Virus record (IMG/VR): IMGVR_UViG_3300047388_000152
Location: 1 to 56,483 of that record
Strand: one strand, 5' to 3'
Origin: a virus
Lineage: Duplodnaviria > Caudoviricetes
Length of the DNA stretch: 56,483 bases
Each line of letters starts with the position of its first letter. The stretch's first letter is position 1. The position numbers and the translations under genes were made by a program. Of the stretch, positions 8,900 to 17,650 are shown piece by piece. Under the pieces are notes generated by a model. The model was not told where the DNA came from. It saw only the letters and a program-made list of their open reading frames with translations, and made no database searches.

Positions 8900-9379
8900 A
8901 TGAAAGAAGTGCCCCTCACAAAAGGACAGGTAATGTTTGTAGACGATGCGGATTATGCTCTCGCAACGACACGACGATGGTGTGCCGTGTGGGACGAACA
9001 TTCCCAGTCCTACCGAGCCAAAGGTAATATAAAGACATCTGGGGGATATAAACAGGTCACTTTCCATCGTTGGTTATTAAATGCCCCGCCAGAGTCACAA
9101 GTTGACCATCGAGACGGCAATCCCCTCAACAATCAACGCGAGAATTTGCGGCTTGCCACGCACGGACAGAATCAACAAAACAAGAAACGTCAACGTAATA
9201 ACCTGTCAGGTTTCAAGGGTGTGTGTTACGTTACCGCCAAGCGCAAATACAAGGCGTATATCTCCAAAGATGGAAAGCGTTACAACTTGGGCTATTTTGG
9301 CACCGCTCAAGAGGCGGCAGATGCTTACGCTGAAATGGCAAAGGAACTTCATCAGGAGTTTGCCTGCCTTGACCGCTAA
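8900..9379 (+). CDS. HNH-AP2 homing endonuclease
   Basis: VDHRDGNPLNNQRENLR plus AP2 SGFKGV...LGYFGTAQEAA. Confidence 0.92.
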   Translation: MKEVPLTKGQVMFVDDADYALATTRRWCAVWDEHSQSYRAKGNIKTSGGYKQVTFHRWLLNAPPESQVDHRDGNPLNNQRENLRLATHGQNQQNKKRQRNNLSGFKGVCYVTAKRKYKAYISKDGKRYNLGYFGTAQEAADAYAEMAKELHQEFACLDR

Positions 9380-9440
9380 CGTTCGGCCACTGAATTAGAA
9401 CCAATTCGGCTTGGCTAGTTCGTCGGAGTATTGTGTCTAA

Positions 9441-9656
9441 ATGAAGTTCTCTATTCAAGGACGGTCTCAAGACAACAGATATTGTGTCTGGTATAAACGG
9501 CCTCGAATCGAGTGGAAGAAATATTATTCATTTGACAGTCGGACACTAAATGAGGCCGTTGACGAAGCAACACAATGTTGGCGTGCTTGGTGGGAAGGAA
9601 ATCTAAACAACACCTACGCATTAGCAGTAGTTTCAGAAAATGAAGCACCGGATTAG
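9441..9656 (+). CDS. Small protein, family C
   Basis: GRSQDNRYCVW...TLNEAV. Confidence 0.7.
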   Translation: MKFSIQGRSQDNRYCVWYKRPRIEWKKYYSFDSRTLNEAVDEATQCWRAWWEGNLNNTYALAVVSENEAPD

Positions 9657-9681
9657 AGTTACAGGATTCGCCCTGATTGAG

Positions 9682-9710
9682 TTGTTTCTTTTTTACCCTT
9701 TGTGTAAAAT
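9682..9710 (+). promoter_or_regulatory. Promoter TTGTTT-17-TAAAAT
   Basis: Upstream of the ParB-like gene. Confidence 0.5.
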
Positions 9711-9722
9711 AGTAGGTAATAA

Positions 9723-10553
9723 ATGAATTTTCTAACAGTCGATGAAGTCATAATCAATCCCGCCTTTGACGCTTTACTGCACCCTCTACAAACTGACGAA
9801 CTGCGTGTTCTCAAGGAATCTATGCAAGCCGAAGGCTGGGCAGAGGAACATCCGATGTGTGTCTGGGGTTCCACTTGCGTCGATGGGCACAACCGCTACC
9901 GGATAGCTCAAGAATTGGGCATCACACAGATACCCGTTCAACCTAAGTTTTTTGAAAGTAACAATGAATGTCGAATCTGGATGTTCAGACAACAGATTGG
10001 ACGGCGTAACACGAGTGCTGAACAGCGTAGCCTCTACGTGGGACAGTTGTTCTTAGCCCTCAAAGACCAAGTAGGCACAGCACAGGCCGTCCGAGAGATT
10101 TCAAAGCAAGAGAACCGCTCAGAACGCCAAATATACAGGGATGGCGACCTGTCCAAAGTCTTTGATGGTGCTACCTCAGAACTTCAACAGAAATTCCTAA
10201 GTGGAGAACTAACGGCTAAAGAGTTGACCGAGACCCTTAAACCTCTAGTAGCTCCTGTACCGATAGAGAAACTAAGCAAAGAGGAACAACAAGAAAGACA
10301 CAATCAAGCTTTCCCCGCTCTCTGTCACAAAGTAAGTGAGAGGACGATAATCGGGGTAAGGAACATGAAGGCTCTGTGTGGAGACATAGACCTAGTGTTC
10401 AAGAACCAAGGATTAAACCTAGCTGATTACGCACCTACCATTGCTCAGTATTGGATGGCATTTAGTGAAGTGATGGACGAAGCACAGGGACTTGCTCGAC
10501 TTGTGTATCAGGATGGAGTTTATAAGATTCCTGAGTTACCAGAGGATTTATGA
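9723..10553 (+). CDS. ParB-like N-terminal domain plus HTH protein
   Basis: LKESM..EG..P..V..VDGHNRY..A; QIGRRN; HTH-like SERQIYRD. Confidence 0.8.
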   Translation: MNFLTVDEVIINPAFDALLHPLQTDELRVLKESMQAEGWAEEHPMCVWGSTCVDGHNRYRIAQELGITQIPVQPKFFESNNECRIWMFRQQIGRRNTSAEQRSLYVGQLFLALKDQVGTAQAVREISKQENRSERQIYRDGDLSKVFDGATSELQQKFLSGELTAKELTETLKPLVAPVPIEKLSKEEQQERHNQAFPALCHKVSERTIIGVRNMKALCGDIDLVFKNQGLNLADYAPTIAQYWMAFSEVMDEAQGLARLVYQDGVYKIPELPEDL

Positions 10554-10852
10554 CCAGAGAGGGAGAGGAATTGGTTGAGAAGGCGCGGGTGTTTTTGAAG
10601 CAGCGAAATAAGGTCGAGTACGGCACACCAAGTGTGAATTACACGAGTGCTAATGCGGCAGAGATGGCTGACTTCGCCCAACAGGTCGCAGACGAGAGGG
10701 TGAGGGGCATAGGTGTCAAGGAAACTTGTGAGAACGGGCATGATTTTATAAAACTGCCTAACCATCCCACGAAAAATGGATTGGCACGGTGTCCATACTG
10801 CTTAAGCATCGGTTTTGACAAACTGTTGGAGTCCGGCAAGAGGCAGGGATGA
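10550..10852 (+). CDS. Hypothetical protein (C..GH...CPYC)
   Basis: ATGA-type overlaps with neighbours. Confidence 0.65.
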   Translation: MTREGEELVEKARVFLKQRNKVEYGTPSVNYTSANAAEMADFAQQVADERVRGIGVKETCENGHDFIKLPNHPTKNGLARCPYCLSIGFDKLLESGKRQG

Positions 10853-11289
10853 CGAGCCTCGCAAAAAAGTTTTGGGATAAGCGGCAAGGAGCAACTATGA
10901 ACGAACGGGATCAAATCAACGAGCGAATCGCGGAGTGGCTTGGGCTGTGCTGGCACGAGTTCAGGGTTAAGCCGTTGCCGGTGCTTGGTGTGCCAACGTG
11001 CATCCATTGCGGCGAAACGACCAGCCGCATTTCCCTTGAGCACAGTGACCAGAATCCAGATTTCAGCACCTTCCCCGGAATGGAGATACTGCTGGCCGGG
11101 CTGCGGCTAAAGGGATGGAATGTGAAACTTTTCTCACATTCAACCGATCCCCAGTCCGCATCCATTTTCGTGCCTACGGACAAATACAAGACCAGTTTTG
11201 CAAAGGCTGACACACTCCCTGACGCTCTGTGCGAGGCAACTTTGAAACTTATCGAATCGGAGGCTAACGATGCCGGATCAGAAAACTAG
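10849..11289 (+). CDS. Hypothetical phage protein (ABA-sandwich-like)
   Basis: INERIAEWLG...PDFST...TLPDALCEA pattern. Confidence 0.6.
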   Translation: MTSLAKKFWDKRQGATMNERDQINERIAEWLGLCWHEFRVKPLPVLGVPTCIHCGETTSRISLEHSDQNPDFSTFPGMEILLAGLRLKGWNVKLFSHSTDPQSASIFVPTDKYKTSFAKADTLPDALCEATLKLIESEANDAGSEN

Positions 11290-11797
11290 AGAGGCGATAA
11301 GGAATTTGCCAGTGAAGCGTGACATCTTCTCCGGAGTATCATCTGCCGACCTCAAGGACTTGCTTGATACGCTCACCGACCTAGAGGCTGAGAGGGATAG
11401 GTACAAGGTGGCGTTGAACTTCTATGTGCATACGTGCGACCAGGAAAAGGAGATTCGAGACAAGCAGATCGCCCTTCTTGTGGCTGAGTGTGATAAGCGC
11501 GGCGTCAAAAAGATGGACTTCGATGAGTACGTAGTCGGACAACAGACCATCAAGGCCTTGAATCAACCCGTGACACTCAGTATTCGAGCGGGGGTGGAGT
11601 TCTCGATTTACAACAACGCAATCCCCAAGTTCACATTGGAGTTCAGGTGCAAGGTCGAGACCGAGAACGGCGGATGGAGCGGATACATCGTACCCGTCGA
11701 GAAGTTCGACACCCTAGACGAGATGTTTAAACGAGCGGCGGAAGCGATGGTTAACCCTTTTGTTCTTACCCCGACCGAGCAAAGTGAAGCAGTCTGA
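11270..11797 (+). CDS. Hypothetical protein
   Basis: 175-aa ORF, SD GGAGG. Confidence 0.65.
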   Translation: MPDQKTREAIRNLPVKRDIFSGVSSADLKDLLDTLTDLEAERDRYKVALNFYVHTCDQEKEIRDKQIALLVAECDKRGVKKMDFDEYVVGQQTIKALNQPVTLSIRAGVEFSIYNNAIPKFTLEFRCKVETENGGWSGYIVPVEKFDTLDEMFKRAAEAMVNPFVLTPTEQSEAV

Positions 11798-11804
11798 GAA
11801 AATT

Positions 11805-12038
11805 ATGAGTAATAAATACACCATTACCGACGATATACCAATTCCCGAACCTCAACAGAGAACACACATAGGACTTACTGCCACTCTCCGGTCAATGGAG
11901 GTGGGACAGAGTATTGTTCTGCCTAAAGATTCAAGACCGAATGTTCTGAGCATTGCACAGGCGGCGAAACTGAAGATACGGACGCGCTCGGAGAGTGTGG
12001 ACACTATTAGGGTGTGGAGAGTGAAGGATGATACGTAA
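11805..12038 (+). CDS. Small DNA-binding-like protein
   Basis: IPIP...MEVGQS...IRVWRV family pattern. Confidence 0.7.
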   Translation: MSNKYTITDDIPIPEPQQRTHIGLTATLRSMEVGQSIVLPKDSRPNVLSIAQAAKLKIRTRSESVDTIRVWRVKDDT

Positions 12039-12162
12039 GGCCATCTGTATTTTATTCCATCGTTGGTATCGAGATAAGGACGGTAAGCCCGGTGCTTATT
12101 GCCCGAAGTGTAATTTAGTGTGGACTTGGGGAAATTGTAAGGAGAAAAATGCAGACAAGTAA
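12028..12162 (+). CDS. Small Cys/His protein (MIRKAICILFH...CPKC)
   Basis: 44-aa ORF that fills the gap; below the ORF-track cutoff. Confidence 0.5.
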   Translation: MIRKAICILFHRWYRDKDGKPGAYCPKCNLVWTWGNCKEKNADK

Positions 12163-12853
12163 AATTCAGCATATTGGAGAGATTAGCTCTTTCAATACAG
12201 ACAATGGATTACTCTATTCCGTACCTCTACGGTTAGAAGACGGGTCAGAAGGTTTGACCTTTAAGAAGTCGGCAGACGCCTTGAGCGTCGGTCAGGAGAT
12301 TACCTACACCATCGAAGAAAAGACCAGTAGACAGGGTAAGACCTACAACAAGATTACTGAGGTAAAAGAGGATACTCGGCGTGGCTCTAGTGGTGGCGGT
12401 AAGTCCTACTCCGACCCAAAGACAATGATTTTGGCGTTCAGTAAGGATGTAATCGTGGCCGCTATGTCTAACGGTCTTATCGAACCAGACGCCGACTACT
12501 TTCAAGCAACAATCGACGGTGCTGACAGGTTTATGCAGTGGTACGAAGGTCACAGTGGTAAACAGAACGTGGAGTTTACTGCTGATTCAATGTCAGTAGC
12601 TCGTGATGTACCTCAACAGAGACAAGAATCTGTAGAACGTGCGTTTACGGGTGACCCTGTTGCCAAGAACCTTGGAGATATGATTACGTCCAAACAGATA
12701 GGACTCGTCCGTGCTAAGGCTCGTGAACACAATATCGACGCTGAAGCTCTGTGTTCAGAGATGTTTGGTTGTGATGTAGAGGATTTAAGTAAAGAGTCGG
12801 CAAGTAGTTTTATAGACAGACTGCTGGAGGTGGCTAAAAGTGGTGGAAGATAA
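12149..12853 (+). CDS. Putative ssDNA-binding/recombination protein
   Basis: OB-like N-terminus; C-terminal ITSKQ...LSKESASSFID motif. Confidence 0.5.
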   Translation: MQTSKIQHIGEISSFNTDNGLLYSVPLRLEDGSEGLTFKKSADALSVGQEITYTIEEKTSRQGKTYNKITEVKEDTRRGSSGGGKSYSDPKTMILAFSKDVIVAAMSNGLIEPDADYFQATIDGADRFMQWYEGHSGKQNVEFTADSMSVARDVPQQRQESVERAFTGDPVAKNLGDMITSKQIGLVRAKAREHNIDAEALCSEMFGCDVEDLSKESASSFIDRLLEVAKSGGR

Positions 12854-13223
12854 GTACGCATATCTCGATGACACGCCGGAGTCCATCTACAAAGAACTCA
12901 AAGACCTAGAAACCTCTCTGTTAGACGCCTCTCAGGGCGTTAGAGATAAAGGCCGACAGGCCGTCAATGCCAAAGCGGTCTATGATGCCGCCAAACACAC
13001 CGAGTTGGTGCATCTCTACGCTGACGAAGCGGACACTCCCGGTCTTAAACGAACGGAACTGCAACGAGCAGTCTTATACCGTACAAAACACGCCACGGAG
13101 CGTCTGGCGTGGGTATTGGCCGACAGGGAGTATGAGGTAGCCAGAGACTACGTTAAGAGCTTACAGGCGGTTCTAATGAGCATCCAGACACGTTCTAGGT
13201 TGCTACGAAAAGATTTCGACTAA
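12840..13223 (+). CDS. Hypothetical helical protein (UvsY-like?)
   Basis: Coiled-coil character in the recombination region. Confidence 0.5.
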   Translation: MVEDKYAYLDDTPESIYKELKDLETSLLDASQGVRDKGRQAVNAKAVYDAAKHTELVHLYADEADTPGLKRTELQRAVLYRTKHATERLAWVLADREYEVARDYVKSLQAVLMSIQTRSRLLRKDFD

Positions 13224-13261
13224 ATTTCCCAAAACCAAAGCAGAAAGGAGAATGACATTAT

Positions 13262-14011
13262 ATGTCTAAAGTAGAACCACGTACTGTTACCAGTACTTCT
13301 GACTACAATCTATTCACTCGCCTTCCGGGTAATCGTGACATCGACCCGATTCACGTTAATAACCTAGTGAAAGCGATGGAGAAAGAGTACGTCTTTGACC
13401 CAATCTCCGTTAATGAGAGCTTCCAAGTTCTCGACGGACAACATCGCCTAGAAGCCCATAAACGCCTAGGCATCCCCGTGCCTTACTACTGGGATACCGT
13501 AGGCGATTTGGAGACCGTTCAAAAGCTCAACAACAGCCAAAAGAACTGGACTAATGAGGATTATACCAAGTCTTTCATCGAACGTGGATTCAAGGATTAT
13601 GAAATCTACAAATCGTTCAAAGAGGCTTATGGTCTGCCTCACGTTATTTGCATCATCCTTCTCTCTGGAGAACATCGTGGTCGCAATAAGATGTTCAAGA
13701 CTGGGAATTTTACAGTGCGGAATCTCAAGTTGGCACAGCAGAAAGCCACCATCCTCACTCAACTGGAACCGTACTTCTCTCATTGGAAAGAAGCGTCGTT
13801 CTTACGAGCTATGAACAAGGCTCTCATTAAAGAAGGATTTGACGTTCAGACCTTTATCCACAGAGCGGCGGCTAATAGCACAATGTTTGTTCCGTGTACG
13901 TCAGTAGACCAGTATCTTCTCTTGATTGAGAACGTCTACAACTTCGGTGCGGCTACCAAGACCGGAATTAGATTCGCGGCTGACGATGTGAACTCACCTT
14001 GGAAAGACTAG
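13262..14011 (+). CDS. ParB/Srx-like domain protein
   Basis: GNRDI..HV..L..M..PI.VN..DGQHRL. Confidence 0.8.
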   Translation: MSKVEPRTVTSTSDYNLFTRLPGNRDIDPIHVNNLVKAMEKEYVFDPISVNESFQVLDGQHRLEAHKRLGIPVPYYWDTVGDLETVQKLNNSQKNWTNEDYTKSFIERGFKDYEIYKSFKEAYGLPHVICIILLSGEHRGRNKMFKTGNFTVRNLKLAQQKATILTQLEPYFSHWKEASFLRAMNKALIKEGFDVQTFIHRAAANSTMFVPCTSVDQYLLLIENVYNFGAATKTGIRFAADDVNSPWKD

Positions 14012-14021
14012 GAGATAGACA

Positions 14022-14276
14022 ATGACACCTCAAGCATTACTTAAACTCGCGCAGGCCGAGAAAGAGCCTGAACCGTCTAGTAAGTCCGTGTGCTGGCCAT
14101 ATCTCGAATCTGCCCACATTCTCCGTCAAAAAAGGTGGATGTGGAAAGACATCAGTTCGTGGATGACGGAGCACGCGGGTATTACACTCAAAGACATCAA
14201 AGCGTGGCAACGACACCACCACCGTTGGGTTGCGGTGAATAACATTCCGCCAATTAAAAGGGAGAAACTGAAATGA
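14022..14276 (+). CDS. Small HTH-like protein, family D
   Basis: Y...ILR.K.W.W..I..W...GI. Confidence 0.7.
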   Translation: MTPQALLKLAQAEKEPEPSSKSVCWPYLESAHILRQKRWMWKDISSWMTEHAGITLKDIKAWQRHHHRWVAVNNIPPIKREKLK

Positions 14277-14545
14277 GTCCTGAAGAATTACTTGAACTAG
14301 CAAGAGGGGTGGTGGCCAAACCACCCAAACTCAAAGGAATGATGCGTTACGCACGAGCGATGGAAGTCCTGCGTAGGAAAGGTTTTACGTGGGCGTCCAT
14401 TGCAGAATGGTTTAACGAACAAGGCATTCCGGTCAAACACCCTCAATCCCTAGCGGCTACTCTTAGGAAATGGGGCAAGACTCCTGACTACTTGGAGTTC
14501 TGTGCTCAGGAAGACAAAGAGAGCGAACTGAATGTCCAGAGCTAA
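14273..14545 (+). CDS. Small HTH-like protein, family D
   Basis: Y...VLRRKGFTWASIAEWF..QGI. Confidence 0.7.
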   Translation: MSPEELLELARGVVAKPPKLKGMMRYARAMEVLRRKGFTWASIAEWFNEQGIPVKHPQSLAATLRKWGKTPDYLEFCAQEDKESELNVQS

Positions 14546-14729
14546 GGTAGGACTGGCTGACACCTACATAGACACCATCATTTTCCTTCGAGAGAGTGGG
14601 TACAAATGGCCGCAAGTCCAAGAATGGTTCGCCAAGCAGGGATTAGTGTTTAGTGTTGGTACACTTCAACAAGCACATCAGAGACACTTTGGTTCAACAT
14701 ACGTGAAATATGAGCGGAATAAGGTCTAG
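14532..14729 (+). CDS. Small HTH-like protein, family D
   Basis: Y...FLRESGYKWPQVQEWF..QGL. Confidence 0.7.
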   Translation: MSRAKVGLADTYIDTIIFLRESGYKWPQVQEWFAKQGLVFSVGTLQQAHQRHFGSTYVKYERNKV

Positions 14730-15051
14730 AAGGAAAGGGCATCTGCTAGAACGCGAGATGGCAAAGCGTTTCAGAGACTTAGGTTTCGATGCTACAACTT
14801 CTCGCTTTTCTTCGCGTGAGGAAGATAATAAGTGTGTTGACCTTTGTGGGGTAGACCCGTTTGCCGTTCAATGTAAAAGCACGGCGACTATCAACTGTCA
14901 TACGGAGCTAGAGAAGATTGACGGCGGTTCTCGCTACAAAGTTCTTGTCCATAAGCGTAAGCAACGTGGGTGTATTGTGGCGTTACCGTTAGATGACTTT
15001 ATGGAGATTGTTGAGCTTTTGGTGGCACACGGTTGCATCAAAACGAATTGA
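14710..15051 (+). CDS. Hjc-like Holliday-junction resolvase (PD-(D/E)xK)
   Basis: SRRKG..ERE..F..LG...VDL..VQCK. Confidence 0.8.
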   Translation: MSGIRSRRKGHLLEREMAKRFRDLGFDATTSRFSSREEDNKCVDLCGVDPFAVQCKSTATINCHTELEKIDGGSRYKVLVHKRKQRGCIVALPLDDFMEIVELLVAHGCIKTN

Positions 15052-15091
15052 ACGGTGGGATTGTTACCTTAGATTCTCTCCCGCTGTTCAT

Positions 15092-15125
15092 AAGGGCATC
15101 CGGCACAACGGGTGTCCTTTTCTTA
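15092..15125 (+). terminator. Rho-independent terminator
   Basis: AAGGGCATCCG/CGGGTGTCCTT stem followed by TTCTT; a second hairpin at 15049-15090 precedes it. Confidence 0.7.
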
Positions 15126-15127
15126 TT

Positions 15128-15328
15128 ATGATACGAGCAATTCCAACGTGGGTACTGACGAATATCAGTACGCCGTTCCTACCCAAGACGCATCCGTGGA
15201 AAGGTCGGTGGTTCACGTTATCAGACTGGGCTATACATCAAACATCGCTCTGTAAAGAGTTTGATTATGTATTTTGGTGTAGTGCTCTATGTGGTTGTGT
15301 TTTCTTGTATTTAATAACTCGCGGTTAA
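15128..15328 (+). CDS. Hypothetical membrane protein
   Basis: Hydrophobic C-terminus. Confidence 0.45.
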   Translation: MIRAIPTWVLTNISTPFLPKTHPWKGRWFTLSDWAIHQTSLCKEFDYVFWCSALCGCVFLYLITRG

Positions 15329-15433
15329 AGTGACTTATGAACCACGTAACAAGAGGATGTCTGGTGATGCTGGCGTTAGCCTTTGGGTTCTTACTCGTCC
15401 TAGTGGTGATGATGCTGATTCTGGCTAAGAACT

Positions 15434-15459
15434 AGTCAAGCACTGCCATCGTGTCAGCG
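15434..15459 (+). repeat. Bipartite motif copy 4
   Basis: AGTCAAGCA-CTGCCA-TCG-TGTCAG-CG directly before ATG 15460 of a 42-aa ORF. Confidence 0.8.
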
Positions 15460-15597
15460 ATGCTCAATACTGCCGTTGAACGTCTCTTAGAACGCGACAT
15501 CGACCTTCCTTTACGCCAAAAGGTGATGAAGGTTCTGATAGAGGTGCGAGAGTTTGAGTCGCCGTCCATTAGTCTTGGGAAGAGATAGAGGAGAGGA

Positions 15598-16257
15598 ATG
15601 AAAATACTAAGCGGAATTAGACCATCGGGACGATTACATCTGGGGAATTTCATCGGTTCAATACTCCCCGCGATGAAATATGACGCGGAAGTATTGATAG
15701 CTGAGTATCATTCCATCGACGGAGATGCGGAGGATTTGATAGCTCAACTGTCCCCATTCTTTCCTGCATCGCGTATTAAGCGTCAATCTGAGCATTTCAA
15801 CGCTAAACTCTATTTCAATCTACTGAGCTTGTCTCCTGATGGTTTGCTACGACATATGCCTCAGTATAAGAGTCAGGGAAAAACTGCCGATATGTTCGTC
15901 TACCCAGTGTTGATGGCTCACGATTTAGTGGGCTATGACAGGGTGATTGTCGGTGAAGACCAGAGGCCTCATATCGAGTTTGCACGAGATATTTTGCATA
16001 AAATCAACGAAGTGTGTCCTGAACCTATTTACGAGGGCGGAAAGGTGATGGACTTGCGAGACCCGACTCGAAAAATGAGTAAGTCTCTGCCGGAAAGTTG
16101 TTTCTTTCTAGGCGATGAACCAAACAAGATTATGAAAGCAGTGACAACTCCCGCAGGGCGAAAGAACCTTGAATTTATTGCAGATGCTCTCAACGTGGAG
16201 TATCCCTACGGAGATAATAAATCTCTCAAAGAGGCAATCATCGAGAAGCTGCCGTAA
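15598..16257 (+). CDS. trpS: Minimal tryptophanyl-tRNA synthetase-like protein
   Basis: SGIRPSG, HLGN (HIGH), YPVLMAHD, GEDQ, KMSKS; only 219 aa. Confidence 0.85.
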   Translation: MKILSGIRPSGRLHLGNFIGSILPAMKYDAEVLIAEYHSIDGDAEDLIAQLSPFFPASRIKRQSEHFNAKLYFNLLSLSPDGLLRHMPQYKSQGKTADMFVYPVLMAHDLVGYDRVIVGEDQRPHIEFARDILHKINEVCPEPIYEGGKVMDLRDPTRKMSKSLPESCFFLGDEPNKIMKAVTTPAGRKNLEFIADALNVEYPYGDNKSLKEAIIEKLP

Positions 16258-16276
16258 ATATTTCAAAAGATAGGGG

Positions 16277-16305
16277 TTGACTTTTCCGTTGAGGGTGGCG
16301 AGAAT
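16277..16305 (+). promoter_or_regulatory. Promoter-like TTGACT-17-GAGAAT
   Basis: Precedes RNA copy 3. Confidence 0.55.
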
Positions 16306-16311
16306 AGTAAC

Positions 16312-16446
16312 TGGCACGAACAGAATGGCTTTCTAGAGCATCACAATTTTAGTAAAAGTCCATAGAACCGAAAGGTGTCTATGGCAGAGACCGAGACCTT
16401 TAGGAGCCGTTCGTGCCGAATTGCTTTTCTTGGTCTCTTTTTTTTT
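16312..16446 (+). ncRNA. Putative structured RNA, copy 3 of 3
   Basis: GGCACGAA..TGGCTTTCTAGAG pairs with CTTTAGGAGCCG-TTCGTGCC; CCATAGAACC-GAAA-GGTGTCTATGG hairpin; AGAGACCGAGA pairs with TCTTGGTCTCT, followed by a T-run. Confidence 0.75.
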
Positions 16447-16460
16447 GTCTCTAAACCCCG

Positions 16461-16808
16461 ATGGCGACTCTTCAATTCAATCCCGAAGACTGGCTTACGC
16501 CCAACTCTTACGGCGACAACTATGCCGAACTGCCGCACGGGGCGGGAATATACATACTGGTTAGGGCTACTTGGCGTCCTGTGCCTAAGTTCCAAGTGCT
16601 CTATGTAGGAATGTCTACCAATATAGCCCAACGCCTAAAGGGGCACGAAATTAAAAAGCTGTGTGACGACTGTAATGGGGCTACTGATTATGTGCAGACC
16701 TATTTTCGGGCGTACCCTAAAGATGTTCTAAGACGTAGAGAACGCCGCCTCATTAAGGCGTGGAATCCCCCTTACAATTTACAACACAGAGAACGAGGGG
16801 AAGGATGA
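16461..16808 (+). CDS. Small GIY-YIG nuclease
   Basis: GIYIL...LYVGMS...RL..H...E..LI..P.YN. Confidence 0.85.
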   Translation: MATLQFNPEDWLTPNSYGDNYAELPHGAGIYILVRATWRPVPKFQVLYVGMSTNIAQRLKGHEIKKLCDDCNGATDYVQTYFRAYPKDVLRRRERRLIKAWNPPYNLQHRERGEG

Positions 16809-17650
16809 GTAAACTCCCCGCATTCCAATTCTATCCTGCCGATTGGCGAAAAGACCCTAGTGTTCAAGCTCTGGACTACCACGATAGAGGGGTGTGGTTT
16901 GAGATGTTATGCCTAATGCACGAGTCCGAACAGCGGGGTAAATTACTTCTTAATGGACTGAAGATGCCCGAAAATGTGCTTGCTAGGCTTTTAGGCTTGG
17001 ATAAGCAAATTCTAACCACCACGTTAACCACGTTGTTAACCTATGGCGTGGTTAAGGTCGAAAAAGAGACGGGCGTTCTCTACTCTAAACGTATGGTTTC
17101 AGACGAGTTACTGAGACAGATACGGTCAGAAGCGGGTAAGTTAGGGGGCAACCCGATGCTTAAGCAAAAACCAACCCCTTCATCTACTTCTTCTTCTTCG
17201 TCTCCTAGTTCTTTATCTCCTAACGGAGATACACCGACAGAACGACCCAATCAAGAAACAACGTCTACAGAGGGGATGCCTAATAACCTTTCTGTGGAGA
17301 TTGCTGGTGTTGTAAACGGTCAACCTAAAGACCCCTTACCTGCCCCCGACGAACGCTCTAAACATCCCGCAATAGTGGCCGTGCGGCAGATAACGAAAAA
17401 GTTTCCCAACAAAGACCTCTGGGACAGGATTATCAAACGCTTTGGTGAGAGTCCTGATGTGAGCCGTCTTCAGGAATGTTGGCTTGAATGGTTGGAGTGT
17501 GGATACAACAAAACATCAACAAAATGGTTGAACTGGTACTTCGACGGCATTCCCACTCGCAACGGAAATGGCAAAATCGTCATAACTCAGTCCACCAACC
17601 GCAAGACCGCTCGTGACTATCACGCAGAGATAGATGCTGAACTGAGATGA
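16805..17650 (+). CDS. Phage replication initiator/replisome organiser
   Basis: PAFQFYPADW N-terminus, RMV...AGK.GGNP, Ser-rich linker; directly upstream of DnaB. Confidence 0.8.
   Translation: MSKLPAFQFYPADWRKDPSVQALDYHDRGVWFEMLCLMHESEQRGKLLLNGLKMPENVLARLLGLDKQILTTTLTTLLTYGVVKVEKETGVLYSKRMVSDELLRQIRSEAGKLGGNPMLKQKPTPSSTSSSSSPSSLSPNGDTPTERPNQETTSTEGMPNNLSVEIAGVVNGQPKDPLPAPDERSKHPAIVAVRQITKKFPNKDLWDRIIKRFGESPDVSRLQECWLEWLECGYNKTSTKWLNWYFDGIPTRNGNGKIVITQSTNRKTARDYHAEIDAELR

Noticed and set aside
15152-15171. Palindrome GTACTGA-CGAATA-TCAGTAC resembling the motif core
   Set aside because: The spacer is one base short and the GTCAA arm is missing.
15598-16257. TGA-to-Trp recoding implied by the phage TrpRS
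   Set aside because: Long genes are open under the standard code, and TGA serves as a stop in many ATGA gene overlaps.
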